From positions 125,054,001 through 125,118,000 of the forward strand of contig CM059432.1 of NCBI GenBank assembly GCA_030390025.1: a DNA stretch of 64,000 bases. The letters run 5' to 3'. A program made the position numbers and the translations under genes. Under the pieces are notes generated by a model. The model was given only the letters and a program-made list of their open reading frames with translations. It did no database searches and was not told the origin of the DNA. Source of the DNA: Squalus acanthias. Its lineage: Eukaryota. How positions within the stretch are numbered: position 1 is the stretch's first letter; each line of letters opens with the position of its first letter. Below, piece after piece: positions 1 to 12,826 of the stretch.

Positions 1-548
1 CACTCAACATGTCATTTCACCCTCACTCAACATGTCATTTCACCCTCACTCAACGCATGTCATTTCACCCTCACTCAACACATCATTTCACCCTCACTCA
101 ACAAGTCATTTCACCCTCACTCAACACGTCATTTCACCCTCACTCAACATGTCATTTCACCCTCACTCAACATGTCATTTCACCCTCACTCAACATGTCA
201 TTTCACCCTCACTCAACACATGTCATTTCACTCTCACTCAACACGTCATTTCACCCTCACTCAACACATGTCATTTCACCCTCACTCAACACATCATTTC
301 ACTCTCACTCAACACATGTCATTTCACCCTCACTCAACACACGTCATTTCACCCTCACTCAACACATCATTTCACCCTCACTCAACACGTCATTTCACCC
401 TCACTCAACACGTCATTTTACCCTCACTCAACACGTCATTTCACCCTCACTCAACACATGTCATTTCACCCTCACTCAACATGTCATTTCACCCTCACTC
501 AACATGTCATTTCACCCTCACTCAACACATGTCATTTCACTCTCACTC
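1..548. repeat. 23/25-bp minisatellite (GTCATTTCACCCTCACTCAACAC and variants), block 1; continues off the left edge; lies in RGS22 intron 2
   Basis: Direct tandem units visible. Variants ACGT/ATGT/ACAT and a 25-bp ACACATGT form. Confidence 0.98.
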
Positions 549-3167
549 ATAGAAACATAGAAAATAGGTACAGGAGTAGACCATTCAGTCCTTCGAGCCT
601 GCACCGCCATTCAATGCGTTCATGGCTGAACATGCTACCTCAGTACCCCATTCCTGCTTTCTCGCCATACCCCTTGATCCCCTTAGTTGTGAGTGTTATA
701 TCTAACTCCCTTTTGAATATATTTAGCGAACTGGCCTCAACAACCTTCTGTGGAAGAGAATTCCATAGATTCACCACTCTCTGGGTGAAGAAGTTCCTCC
801 TCAGCTCAGTCCTAAATGGCTTCCCCTTAATCCTTAGACTGTGACCCCTGGTTCTAGTTTTCCCTACCATTGGGAACATTCTGCCCGCATCTAATTTGTC
901 TAAACCAGTCAGGATTTTAAATGTCTCTATAAGATCCCCCCTCATTCTTCTGAACTCCAGAGGATACAAGTTCAGTTGACCCAATCTTTCTTGATATGTC
1001 AGTCCGGCCATCCCAGGAATCAATCTAGTGAACCTTCGCTGCACTCCCTCAATAGCAAGAATGTCCTTCCTTAAGTTAGGAGACCAAAACTGCGCACAAT
1101 ACTCCAGGTGTGGCCTCACCAAGGCCCTGTATAACTGTAGCATCACCTCCCTACTCCTGTACTCAAATCCCCTTGCTATGAAGGCCATCATTCCGTTTGC
1201 TTTCTTGACTGCCTGCTGCACTTGCATTCCCACCTTCAGTGACTGATGTACCATGACGCCCAGGTCTCGTTGCACGTCCCCTTTCCCTAATCTGCCACCA
1301 TTCAGGTAATAGTCCGCCTCTCTATTTTTACCACCAAAGTGGATAACCTCACATTTATCCACATTGTACTTCATCTGCCATACATTTGCCCATTCACCCA
1401 ACCTGTCCAAGTCACTCTGTAGCCTCCTAGCTTCCTCCTCATTGTTCACACTGCCTCCCAATTTAGTGTCATCCGCAAATTTGGAGATATTACATTTAAT
1501 CCCTTCGTCCAAATCATTAATATATAATGTAAACAGCTGGGGTCTCAGCACCGAACCCTGCGGTACCCCGCTGGTCACTGCCTGCCATTCTGAAAAGTAC
1601 CCATTTACTCCTACTCTTTGTTTCCTGTGTGCCAACCAGTTCTCAATCCACGTCAACACATTACCCCCAATCCCATGTGCTTTAACTTTGCTCACCAATC
1701 TCTTGTGTGGGACCTTGTCGAAGGCCTTCTGAAAGTCCAAATACACCACATCTACTGGTTCCCCCCTGTCCACCCTATTGGAAACATCCTCAAAAAATTC
1801 CAGAAGATTTGTCAAGCATGATTTCCCTTTCACAAATCCATGCTGACTTGGACCTATCATGTCGCCACTTTCCAAATGGTCTGTTATGACATCTTTAATA
1901 ATTGCTTCCATCATTTTACCCACGACCGATGTCAGGCTGACCGGTCTATAATTCCCTGCTTTCTCCCTCCCTCCTTTTTTAAAAAGAGGGGTTACATTGG
2001 CCACCCTCCACTCCATCGGAACTGATCCAGAGTCTAAGGAATGTTGGAAAATGATCGTCAATGCATCCACTATTTCCAAGGCCACCTCCTTAAGTACTCT
2101 GGGATGCAGACCATCAGGCCCCGGGGATTTTTCAGCCTTCAGTCCCATCAATTTCCCCAATACCTTTTCCCGACTAATAAGGATTTCTCTCAGCTCCTCC
2201 CTCTTACCAAATCCTCTGACCCCTTTTATTTCCGGCAGGTTGTGTGTGTCCTCCACAGTAAACACCGAACCAAAGTACTTGTTCAATTGATCTGCCATTT
2301 CCTTGTTCCCCATTACGACTTCCCCTGTTTCCGACTGCAGGGGACCTACGTTTGTTTTTACTAACCTCTTTCTTTTTACATATTTATAGAAGCTTTTGCA
2401 GTCCATTTTAATGTTCTCTGCAAGCTTCCTTTCATATTTTATTTTCCCTGCCCTAATCAAACCCTTCGTCCTCCTCTGCTGAGTTTTGAAGTTCTCCCAG
2501 TCCCCGGGTTTGCTGCTACTTCTGGCCAATTTGTATGCAACTTCCTTGGTTTTAATACTATCCCTGATTTCCCTTGTTAGCCATGGTTGAGCCACCTTCC
2601 CTTTTTATTTTTATGCCAGACCGGGATGTACAATTGTTGTAGTTCATCCATGCGATCTCTAAATGTCTGCCATTGCCCTTCCACTGATAGCCCCTTAAAT
2701 ATCGCTTGCCAATTTAACCTCGCCAATTCACGCCTCATACCCTCAAAGTTGCCCTTATTTAAGTTCTGGACCATGGTCTCTGACTTAACTGTTTCCTTCT
2801 CCATCCTAATGTAGAACTCCGCCATACTATGGTCACTCTTCCCCAGGGGGCCTCGTACCACAAGATTGCTGATTAGTCCCTCCTCATTACACAACACCCA
2901 GTCCAGGATGGCCTCCCCTCGAGTTGGTTCCTCAACATATTGGTTTAGGAAACCATCCCTTAAACACTCCAGGAAATCCTCCTCCACCGTATTGCTTCCA
3001 GTTTGAGTAGCCCAATCTATATGCATATTAAAGTCACCCATGATAACTGCCGTGCCTTTTTTGCACGCACCTCTGATTTCCTGTTTCATACCCTCCCCCA
3101 CCTCACTACTGCTGTTTGGAGGTCTGTACACAACTCCCACTAACGTTTTCTGCCCTTTGGTGTTCTG
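549..3167 (-). mobile_element. 5'-truncated CR1-clade LINE, copy A (part of APE endonuclease + RT), one frameshift near 2590-2605
   Basis: ORF 2577-3170 has VYRPP, GDFN, LDWVL and SDH endonuclease motifs. ORF 640-2595 has KSPGPDG, YRPVSLTS, LDFQKAFD, PQGSVL and FADD. The 3' tail is (TTTCTATG)n. Confidence 0.97.
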
Positions 3168-5177
3168 CACTCAACACGTCATTTCACCCTCACTCAACAC
3201 ATGTCATTTCACCCTCACTCAACACGTCATTTCACTCTCACTCAACACATGTCATTTCACCCTCACTCAACACATGTCATTTCACCCTCACTCAACACGT
3301 CATTTCACCCTCACTCAACACGTTATTTCACCCTCACTCAACACATGTCATTTCACCCTCACTCAACATGTCATTTCACCCTCACTCAACACGTCATTTC
3401 ACCCTCACTCAACACATCATTTCACCCTCACTCAACATGTCATTTCACCCTCACTCAACATGTCATTTCACCCTCACTCAACACGTCATTTTACCCTCAC
3501 TCAACACGTCATTTCACCCTCAGACAACATGTCATTTCACCCTCACTCAACATGTCATTTCACCCTCACTCAACATGTCATTTCACCCTCACTCAACACA
3601 TGTCATTTCACCCTCACTCAACACATGTCATTTCACTCTCACTCAACACATCATTTCACCCTCACTCAACACGTCATTTCACCCTCACTCAACACGTCAT
3701 TTCACTCTCACTCAACATGTCATTTCACCCTCACTCAACACATGTCATTTCACCCTCAGTCAACACGTGTCATTTCACCCTCACTCAACACGTCATTTCA
3801 CCCTCACTCAACACATGTCATTTCACCCTCACTCAACACATGTCATTTCACCCTCACTCAACATGTCATTTCACCCTCACTCAACACGTCATTTCACCCT
3901 CACTCAACACATGTCATTTCACCCTCACTCAACACGTGTCATTTCACCCTCACTCAACACGTCATTTCACCCTCACTCAACATGTCATTTCACCCTCACT
4001 CAACACGTCATTTTACCCTCACTCAACACGTCATTTCACCTTCACTCAACACGTCATTTCACCCTCACTCAACACGTCATTTCACCCTCACTCAACACGT
4101 CATTTCACCCTCACTCAACATGTCATTTCACCCTCACTCAACACATCATTTCACCCTCACTCAACATGTCATTTCACCCTCACTCAACATGTCATTTCAC
4201 CCTCACTCAACATGTCATTTCACCCTCACTCAACACATGTCATTTCACTCTCACTCAACACGTCATTTCACCCTCACTCAACACATGTCATTTCACCCTC
4301 ACTCAACACATCATTTCATCCTCACTCAACACATGTCATTTCACCCTCACTCAACACATGTCATTTCACCCTCACTCAACACATCATTTCACCCTCACTC
4401 AACACGTCATTTCACCCTCACTCAACACGTCATTTTACCCTCACTCAACACGTCATTTCACCCTCACTCAACACATGTCATTTCACCCTCACTCAACATG
4501 TCATTTCACCCTCACTCAACACATGTCATTTCACCCTCACTCAACACGTCATTTCACCCTCACTCAACACGTCATTTCACCCTCACTCAACACGTCATAT
4601 TACCCTCACTCAACACGTCATTTCACCCTCACTCAACATGTCATTTCACCCTCACTCAACATGTCATTTCACCCTCACTCAACGCATGTCATTTCACCCT
4701 CACTCAACACATCATTTCACCCTCACTCAACAAGTCATTTCACCCTCACTCAACACGTCATTTCACCCTCACTCAACATGTCATTTCACCCTCACTCAAC
4801 ATGTCATTTCACCCTCACTCAACATGTCATTTCACCCTCACTCAACACATGTCATTTCACTCTCACTCAACACGTCATTTCACCCTCACTCAACACATGT
4901 CATTTCACCCTCACTCAACACATCATTTCACTCTCACTCAACACATGTCATTTCACCCTCACTCAACACATGTCATTTCACCCTCACTCAACACATCATT
5001 TCACCCTCACTCAACACGTCATTTCACCCTCACTCAACACGTCATTTTACCCTCACTCAACACGTCATTTCACCCTCACTCAACACATGTCATTTCACCC
5101 TCACTCAACATGTCATTTCACCCTCACTCAACATGTCATTTCACCCTCACTCAACACATGTCATTTCACTCTCACTC
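3168..5177. repeat. 23/25-bp minisatellite, block 2
   Basis: Same unit as block 1, about 2.0 kb. Confidence 0.98.
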
Positions 5178-7796
5178 ATAGAAACATAGAAAATAGGTAC
5201 AGGAGTAGACCATTCAGTCCTTCGAGCCTGCACCGCCATTCAATGCGTTCATGGCTGAACATGCTACCTCAGTACCCCATTCCTGCTTTCTCGCCATACC
5301 CCTTGATCCCCTTAGTTGTGAGTGTTATATCTAACTCCCTTTTGAATATATTTAGCGAACTGGCCTCAACAACCTTCTGTGGAAGAGAATTCCATAGATT
5401 CACCACTCTCTGGGTGAAGAAGTTCCTCCTCAGCTCAGTCCTAAATGGCTTCCCCTTAATCCTTAGACTGTGACCCCTGGTTCTAGTTTTCCCTACCATT
5501 GGGAACATTCTGCCCGCATCTAATTTGTCTAAACCAGTCAGGATTTTAAATGTCTCTATAAGATCCCCCCTCATTCTTCTGAACTCCAGAGGATACAAGT
5601 TCAGTTGACCCAATCTTTCTTGATATGTCAGTCCGGCCATCCCAGGAATCAATCTAGTGAACCTTCGCTGCACTCCCTCAATAGCAAGAATGTCCTTCCT
5701 TAAGTTAGGAGACCAAAACTGCGCACAATACTCCAGGTGTGGCCTCACCAAGGCCCTGTATAACTGTAGCATCACCTCCCTACTCCTGTACTCAAATCCC
5801 CTTGCTATGAAGGCCATCATTCCGTTTGCTTTCTTGACTGCCTGCTGCACTTGCATTCCCACCTTCAGTGACTGATGTACCATGACGCCCAGGTCTCGTT
5901 GCACGTCCCCTTTCCCTAATCTGCCACCATTCAGGTAATAGTCCGCCTCTCTATTTTTACCACCAAAGTGGATAACCTCACATTTATCCACATTGTACTT
6001 CATCTGCCATACATTTGCCCATTCACCCAACCTGTCCAAGTCACTCTGTAGCCTCCTAGCTTCCTCCTCATTGTTCACACTGCCTCCCAATTTAGTGTCA
6101 TCCGCAAATTTGGAGATATTACATTTAATCCCTTCGTCCAAATCATTAATATATAATGTAAACAGCTGGGGTCTCAGCACCGAACCCTGCGGTACCCCGC
6201 TGGTCACTGCCTGCCATTCTGAAAAGTACCCATTTACTCCTACTCTTTGTTTCCTGTGTGCCAACCAGTTCTCAATCCACGTCAACACATTACCCCCAAT
6301 CCCATGTGCTTTAACTTTGCTCACCAATCTCTTGTGTGGGACCTTGTCGAAGGCCTTCTGAAAGTCCAAATACACCACATCTACTGGTTCCCCCCTGTCC
6401 ACCCTATTGGAAACATCCTCAAAAAATTCCAGAAGATTTGTCAAGCATGATTTCCCTTTCACAAATCCATGCTGACTTGGACCTATCATGTCGCCACTTT
6501 CCAAATGGTCTGTTATGACATCTTTAATAATTGCTTCCATCATTTTACCCACGACCGATGTCAGGCTGACCGGTCTATAATTCCCTGCTTTCTCCCTCCC
6601 TCCTTTTTTAAAAAGAGGGGTTACATTGGCCACCCTCCACTCCATCGGAACTGATCCAGAGTCTAAGGAATGTTGGAAAATGATCGTCAATGCATCCACT
6701 ATTTCCAAGGCCACCTCCTTAAGTACTCTGGGATGCAGACCATCAGGCCCCGGGGATTTTTCAGCCTTCAGTCCCATCAATTTCCCCAATACCTTTTCCC
6801 GACTAATAAGGATTTCTCTCAGCTCCTCCCTCTTACCAAATCCTCTGACCCCTTTTATTTCCGGCAGGTTGTGTGTGTCCTCCACAGTAAACACCGAACC
6901 AAAGTACTTGTTCAATTGATCTGCCATTTCCTTGTTCCCCATTACGACTTCCCCTGTTTCCGACTGCAGGGGACCTACGTTTGTTTTTACTAACCTCTTT
7001 CTTTTTACATATTTATAGAAGCTTTTGCAGTCCATTTTAATGTTCTCTGCAAGCTTCCTTTCATATTTTATTTTCCCTGCCCTAATCAAACCCTTCGTCC
7101 TCCTCTGCTGAGTTTTGAAGTTCTCCCAGTCCCCGGGTTTGCTGCTACTTCTGGCCAATTTGTATGCAACTTCCTTGGTTTTAATACTATCCCTGATTTC
7201 CCTTGTTAGCCATGGTTGAGCCACCTTCCCTTTTTATTTTTATGCCAGACCGGGATGTACAATTGTTGTAGTTCATCCATGCGATCTCTAAATGTCTGCC
7301 ATTGCCCTTCCACTGATAGCCCCTTAAATATCGCTTGCCAATTTAACCTCGCCAATTCACGCCTCATACCCTCAAAGTTGCCCTTATTTAAGTTCTGGAC
7401 CATGGTCTCTGACTTAACTGTTTCCTTCTCCATCCTAATGTAGAACTCCGCCATACTATGGTCACTCTTCCCCAGGGGGCCTCGTACCACAAGATTGCTG
7501 ATTAGTCCCTCCTCATTACACAACACCCAGTCCAGGATGGCCTCCCCTCGAGTTGGTTCCTCAACATATTGGTTTAGGAAACCATCCCTTAAACACTCCA
7601 GGAAATCCTCCTCCACCGTATTGCTTCCAGTTTGAGTAGCCCAATCTATATGCATATTAAAGTCACCCATGATAACTGCCGTGCCTTTTTTGCACGCACC
7701 TCTGATTTCCTGTTTCATACCCTCCCCCACCTCACTACTGCTGTTTGGAGGTCTGTACACAACTCCCACTAACGTTTTCTGCCCTTTGGTGTTCTG
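5178..7796 (-). mobile_element. 5'-truncated CR1-clade LINE, copy B (duplicate of 549-3167, offset 4629)
   Basis: Translated ORFs are identical to copy A, with the same truncation point, junctions and frameshift. Confidence 0.97.
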
Positions 7797-9763
7797 CACT
7801 CAACACGTCATTTCACCCTCACTCAACACATGTCATTTCACCCTCACTCAACACGTCATTTCACTCTCACTCAACACATGTCATTTCACCCTCACTCAAC
7901 ACATGTCATTTCACCCTCACTCAACACGTCATTTCACCCTCACTCAACACGTTATTTCACCCTCACTCAACACATGTCATTTCACCCTCACTCAACATGT
8001 CATTTCACCCTCACTCAACATGTCATTTCACCCTCACTCAACACATGTCATTTCACTCTCACTCAACACGTCATTTCACCCTCACTCAACACATGTCATT
8101 TCACCCTCACTCAACACGTGTCATTTCACCCTCACTCAACATGTCATTTCACCCTCACTCAACACATCATTTCACCCTCACTCAACACGTCATTTCACCC
8201 TCACTCAACACGTCATTTCACCCTCACTCAACACGTCATTTCACCCTCACTCAACACGTCATTTCACCCTCACTCAACACGTCATTTCACCCTCACTCAA
8301 CACATCATTTCACCTTCACTCAACATGTCATTTCACCCTCACTCAACACGTCATTTCACCCTCACTCAACACATCATTTCACCCTCACTCAACATGTCAT
8401 TTCACCCTCACTCAACATGTCATTTCACCCTCACTCAACATGTCATTTCACCCTCACTCAACACGTCATTTCACTCTCACTCAACACGTCATTTCACCCT
8501 CACTCAACACGTCATTTCACCCTCACTCAACACGTCATTTCACTCTCACTCAACACATGTCATTTCACCCTCACTCAACACATGTCATTTCACCCTCACT
8601 CAACACATCATTTCACCCTCACTCAACACGTCATTTCACCCTCACTCAACACGTCATTTTACCCTCACTCAACACGTCATTTCACCCTCACTCAACATGT
8701 CATTTCACCCTCACTCAACATGTCATTTCACCCTCACTCAATGCATGTCATTTCACCCTCACTCAACACATCATTTCACCCTCACTCAACAAGTCATTTC
8801 ACCCTCACTCAACACATCATTTCACCCTCACTCAACATGTCATTTCACCCTCACTCAACATGTCATTTCACCCTCACTCAACATGTCATTTCACCCTCAC
8901 TCAACACATGTCATTTCACTCTCACTCAACACGTCATTTCACCCTCACTCAACACATGTCATTTCACCCTCACTCAACACATCATTTCACTCTCACTCAA
9001 CACATGTCATTTCACCCTCACTCAACACATGTCATTTCACCCTCACTCAACACATCATTTCACCCTCACTCAACACGTCATTTCACCCTCACTCAACACG
9101 TCATTTTACCCTCACTCAACACGTCATTTCACCCTCACTCAACACATGTCATTTCACCCTCACTCAACATGTCATTTCACCCTCACTCAACATGTCATTT
9201 CACCCTCACTCAACACATGTCATTTCACTCTCACTCAACACGTCATTTCACCCTCACTCAACACATGTCATTTCACCCTCACTCAACACGTCATTTCACT
9301 CTCACTCAACACATGTCATTTCACCCTCACTCAACACATGTCATTTCACCCTCACTCAACACGTCATTTCACCCTCACTCAACATGTCATTTCACCCTCA
9401 CTCAACACGTCATTTCACCCTCACTCAACATGTCATTTCACCCTCACTCAACATGTCATTTCACCCTCACGCAACACATGTCATTTCACTCTCACTCAAC
9501 ACGTCATTTCACCCTCACTCAACACGTCATTTCACCCTCACTCAACACATGTCATTTCACCCTCACTCAACATGTCATTTCACCCTCACTCAACATGTCA
9601 TTTCACTCTCACTCAACACGTCATTTCACCCTCACTCAACACATGTCATTTCACCCTCACTCAACACGTCATTTCACTCTCACTCAACATGTCATTTCAC
9701 CTTCACTCAACACGTCATTTCACTCTCACTCAACACGTCATTTCACCCTCACTCAACACATGT
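7797..9763. repeat. 23/25-bp minisatellite, block 3; ends 6 nt from the RGS22 exon 2 boundary
   Basis: Tandem units end at ...CAACACATGT, directly followed by ACTTAC (GTAAGT donor on the minus strand). Confidence 0.98.
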
Positions 9764-9769
9764 ACTTAC

Positions 9770-9798
9770 AAAGTCATCTGCTGCTATTTTAGGAGGTT
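9770..9798 (-). CDS. RGS22: Regulator of G-protein signalling 22, coding exon 2 (29 nt; (E)PPKIAADDF)
   Basis: Reads ttgttttccag|AACCTCCTAAAATAGCAGCAGATGACTTT|gtaagt. Joins in phase with exon 1. Resembles the mammalian RGS22 N-terminus (EPPTITEEEF, recalled). RGS22 lies downstream of FBXO43 on the same strand in mammals. Confidence 0.8.
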
Positions 9799-10219
9799 CT
9801 GGAAAACAAAGAATTCCAAGGTAAGGTTTGTATAATGCTGTCCACATAACCTCTCTAATCAATTAAATTACATTGATAAACATCTTCAGGTAATACAAGC
9901 TAGTAACAAATATTGGGAATGCCTACTAAAATGCCTTTACTCAGAAATCAAATCAATTTCATTCCTAAACTGTACCCCTCCCCTTACAAATTATCCCTCG
10001 AGTTTGTGAAACGTATGTCGCGCATCAATCACTTCAAATACTACAAGACTACATTTTGCTTGACGCACCGACTAAGGCCATTAAAATAAAAGATTACATT
10101 CCTCCGTTTCAGAGTTACAAATACAGGAGTAGGCTTGTGTTCTATAAACTTTGGTTCCTCGACATTCATTATGTCAAACTCTTCAGCTCATATTGAAATA
10201 TACATGAAATAGACTGCTG

Positions 10220-10680
10220 TGCAGACCGCGGTATTCAGAGATCAAATCCCACGAGAGCGATCTGTGCCCACATACCAGTCGTCAATTTGGCCGGCGATGT
10301 GTTTCCCTGCTCCATTGGCACAGTCCCGGGTTTCAGAACAAATTCAGGCACAAGGCGACCTGCCGATCGAGATGAGATGACTTGGGCCCTGGCTGGAAAT
10401 TCCCTTGCGGAAAAATTTCCGTGTGAGCGAGGGACGATTTCAGCTTCCAGATGCTGCCTCTCGGAGCCTTTTGGGATTATCGGTCGGTGCAGTTGGCTCA
10501 GCTAAGACGCACGGTGAGTAATTACCTGCTGAGCAATTTTCAGGAAAAGGGATAGGCAGGCAACCGAGAGAGCAGGTAGTGTGGTGCTGGACCTGTGAGT
10601 TGCTGCTTTGTGCCGATCTGGGTTGCTATGGAGGTGCAGACAAAAGCTTTAGGCATGAACTGAACAAACAAGACTCCCGC
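10220..10680. promoter_or_regulatory. CpG-enriched RGS22 promoter/5' region with RFX X-box-like site GTTGCTATGGAG (10622-10633)
   Basis: CpG density is locally elevated around the exon 1 ATG. The X-box has a perfect left half and a degenerate right half. Confidence 0.5.
10276..10315 (-). CDS. RGS22: RGS22 coding exon 1 (MEQGNTSPAKLTT + phase-1 G)
   Basis: ATG at 10315, 40 nt to a G|gtatgt donor. The joined peptide SPAKLTTEPPKIAADDF resembles mammalian MPEKRLTAEPPTITEEEF. An in-frame stop lies upstream near 10502 with no other ATG. Confidence 0.75.
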
Positions 10681-10863
10681 AATCCATGTCCTTTCACTTA
10701 GATACAAAACTTCCCTAGTTCTCGGCTTACTTGATTACTTTAACAGATACTTGGTCGGATTAAGAAAACACAAATGTTCAATCTATTTGCTACACGCCAG
10801 TGAATTCTGCGTTAGGGACGTGCGTCATTGTCACTCCACTGTTATTAAGACTGTCGCTCAGTG

Positions 10864-10963
10864 CTGATGAAAGATCATTGACCTGAAACGTTAGCTCTGT
10901 TTCCCTCTCCACAGACGCTGCCTGCACTACTGAATATTTCCGGCATTTTTCTGTTGTTTTCAG
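10864..10963 (+). mobile_element. Older Penelope-like terminal fragment with decayed minimal hammerhead motif (family A)
   Basis: CTGATGA-aagatcattgacct-GAAAC-GTT, followed by the family-A body (ctctccacagacgctgcctg...ttttctgttgtttt). Confidence 0.7.
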
Positions 10964-11524
10964 CTCAAGTGAGAGCATCAGCTAGCAGCCAAACGTCATA
11001 AAGCAGCATTTGACAATCCGGCAAAGTGAGCTTTTGCAGATCGTGTTGGTTTAAAGAGAGGGGAGGGAGTGGGGCTTAAACAAAAAATAACCATAAGTAG
11101 ACCTTTATGCAATCGAAATATTCCCCAGTGAATCAAATTTAGGCTTTTCGTATGCAGCGTTCCTTTTTTAAGTCGCAACATTGCCGTCCATTTTTCTTTG
11201 AGTTCTGAAACATACAAATTTATGATAACAAAAGTACTCAAGGGCGTTAGATATATAGGGCCACAAAGATTGTGAAATATGTTACAAGGAAGCAACAGGT
11301 AGATGAGTGCCAGGTAGCGCCACCTGATGTTCCGAATGTGGTACCGTATGGGATCATATCCAGTAGACAAAGCACATCAGACGGTAAGAAAAATCAGGGT
11401 TGGAAACTACTGTCTCCAGTACATTCACTCTCCTATCAAGGTATCTAATTATATTTGGAGTAGTCCCAGTGTTTGGCCTCCATTATCTTGTTTGGTAGGC
11501 TATTCCAAACTTAATCTATTTTGA

Positions 11525-11601
11525 AAGAAAGACTTCATTTATATAGCGCCTTTCACGACCACCAGAGTCCCAAAGCGCTTTACAGCCAATGAAGTACTTT
11601 T
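11525..11601 (-). mobile_element. 3' tail of Deu-SINE (SacSINE1-like)
   Basis: Reverse complement matches the tail of the full copy at 62300-62383 (aagtacttcattggctgtaaagcgctttg...gcgctatataaatg). Confidence 0.75.
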
Positions 11602-11609
11602 TAGAGATC

Positions 11610-12165
11610 TACTTTTCACTAATTTCCATTTATGTGCTCTGATCTTGCTTTCATGATGCGCTTTGAATAAGACCCTGGATTTATCGTATCTATATCATCT
11701 AATATTTAATATATTTATTTGTAGTCCCTCCTTAACCAACATTTTTCTAGAGCACAAAGCTTAAACTTCTCTAGTCTGTCCTCATAGCTCAACCTTTCAA
11801 ACTTGGGGTGTTGTCATTCTTATCAGTAGCAGTTTTCATGTACAATGCAACTGCCCAATTGCAGAACCCATCTAAATCCTTTTGCAAATCTTATGGTGCA
11901 TCCATCTATTATTTTACCAATTATTGATATTAGGCTAATAGGCAGTTATTCCCTGGGTCAGTTCTGTCACCCTTTTTAAATAGGGGTACTACTATTTCCT
12001 CCTTGCAGCCCTAAAGAATCGCAGGAGTGCTTGGTGATTCTTCAGTGACGATAGCCAATGCCCCACAAATTTCTTCTCTAGGCTCTTCCAGCAGCTCAGA
12101 ATGTATATACCATCTGGCCCAAGACTAAATCCCTCCCTAATTTATTAAGTGCATCTGAAATACTC
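11610..12165 (-). mobile_element. Highly decayed CR1 fragments
   Basis: Degenerate resemblance to CR1 RT segments (GPDG- and FKKG-like remnants). Confidence 0.45.
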
Positions 12166-12170
12166 ACAAG

Positions 12171-12630
12171 AGGGTATGGTAGCATAGTGATTATGTTACT
12201 GGACTAGTAATCCTGAAACCTGGACTAATGGTCTGGAGATGAGAGTTCAAATCCCATGGCAGCTGGGGGAATTTAAATTCAGTTAATTAAATAAATCGGG
12301 AATTAAAAAGCTAGTATCAGTAATGGTGACGATGAAACTACCAACTTGTCATAAAAACCCAATTGGTTCACTAATGTCCTGCCATCCTTACTTGGTCTGG
12401 CCTACATGTTACTCCAGACTCCAGACCCACAGCAGTGTGGTCTTAACTACCCTCTGAAATGGCCTCATTTGTACCAAAGTGCTACGACCAAGCACTGTGG
12501 GAGTACCTTCACCACAAGGACCGCAGTGGTTCAAGAAGGTGGCTCACCACCACTACCTTCTCGAGGGCAATAAATGCTGACCTTGCCAGCAACGCCCACA
12601 TCCTGTGAATGAATAAGTAAAAAAAAAAGA
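12171..12630 (+). mobile_element. tRNA-derived SINE with LINE-derived tail
   Basis: A-box-like tggtagcatagtg and B-box-like gagttcaaatccc. Tail reads ggttcaagaagg...gccagcaacgcccacatcctgtgaatgaat plus an A-rich end. Confidence 0.7.
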
Positions 12631-12826
12631 GATAATTACAGATGAGGAAGGCCATTTGGCCATCCTGATTTTACGTAGGATATTTTACGTAGGATATACG
12701 GCACAGAAACAGGCCTTTCGGCCCAACCAGTCCATACCGGCGTTTATATTCCACTCGAGCCTCCTCCCGTCTTTCCTCATCTAAATCTATCAGTATAACC
12801 CTCTATTCCCTTCTCCCTCATATGCT

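Noticed and set aside
640-2595. 651-aa RT ORF as an active autonomous element
   Set aside because: It is 5'-truncated in the endonuclease, lacks ORF1 and is frameshifted relative to the upstream part. Both copies share the defects.
1-9763. Repeat array next to a reverse transcriptase resembling a CRISPR/RT, retron or DGR system
   Set aside because: There are no unique spacers, the units are contiguous, and no cas genes are present. The RT is an ordinary eukaryotic CR1 ORF2.
3040-9835. 660-785 aa His/Ser/Thr-rich ORFs in all three plus frames (also 9-844)
   Set aside because: They are translations of the 23/25-bp minisatellite, which lacks stop codons on that strand. Being open in every frame is a repeat artefact.
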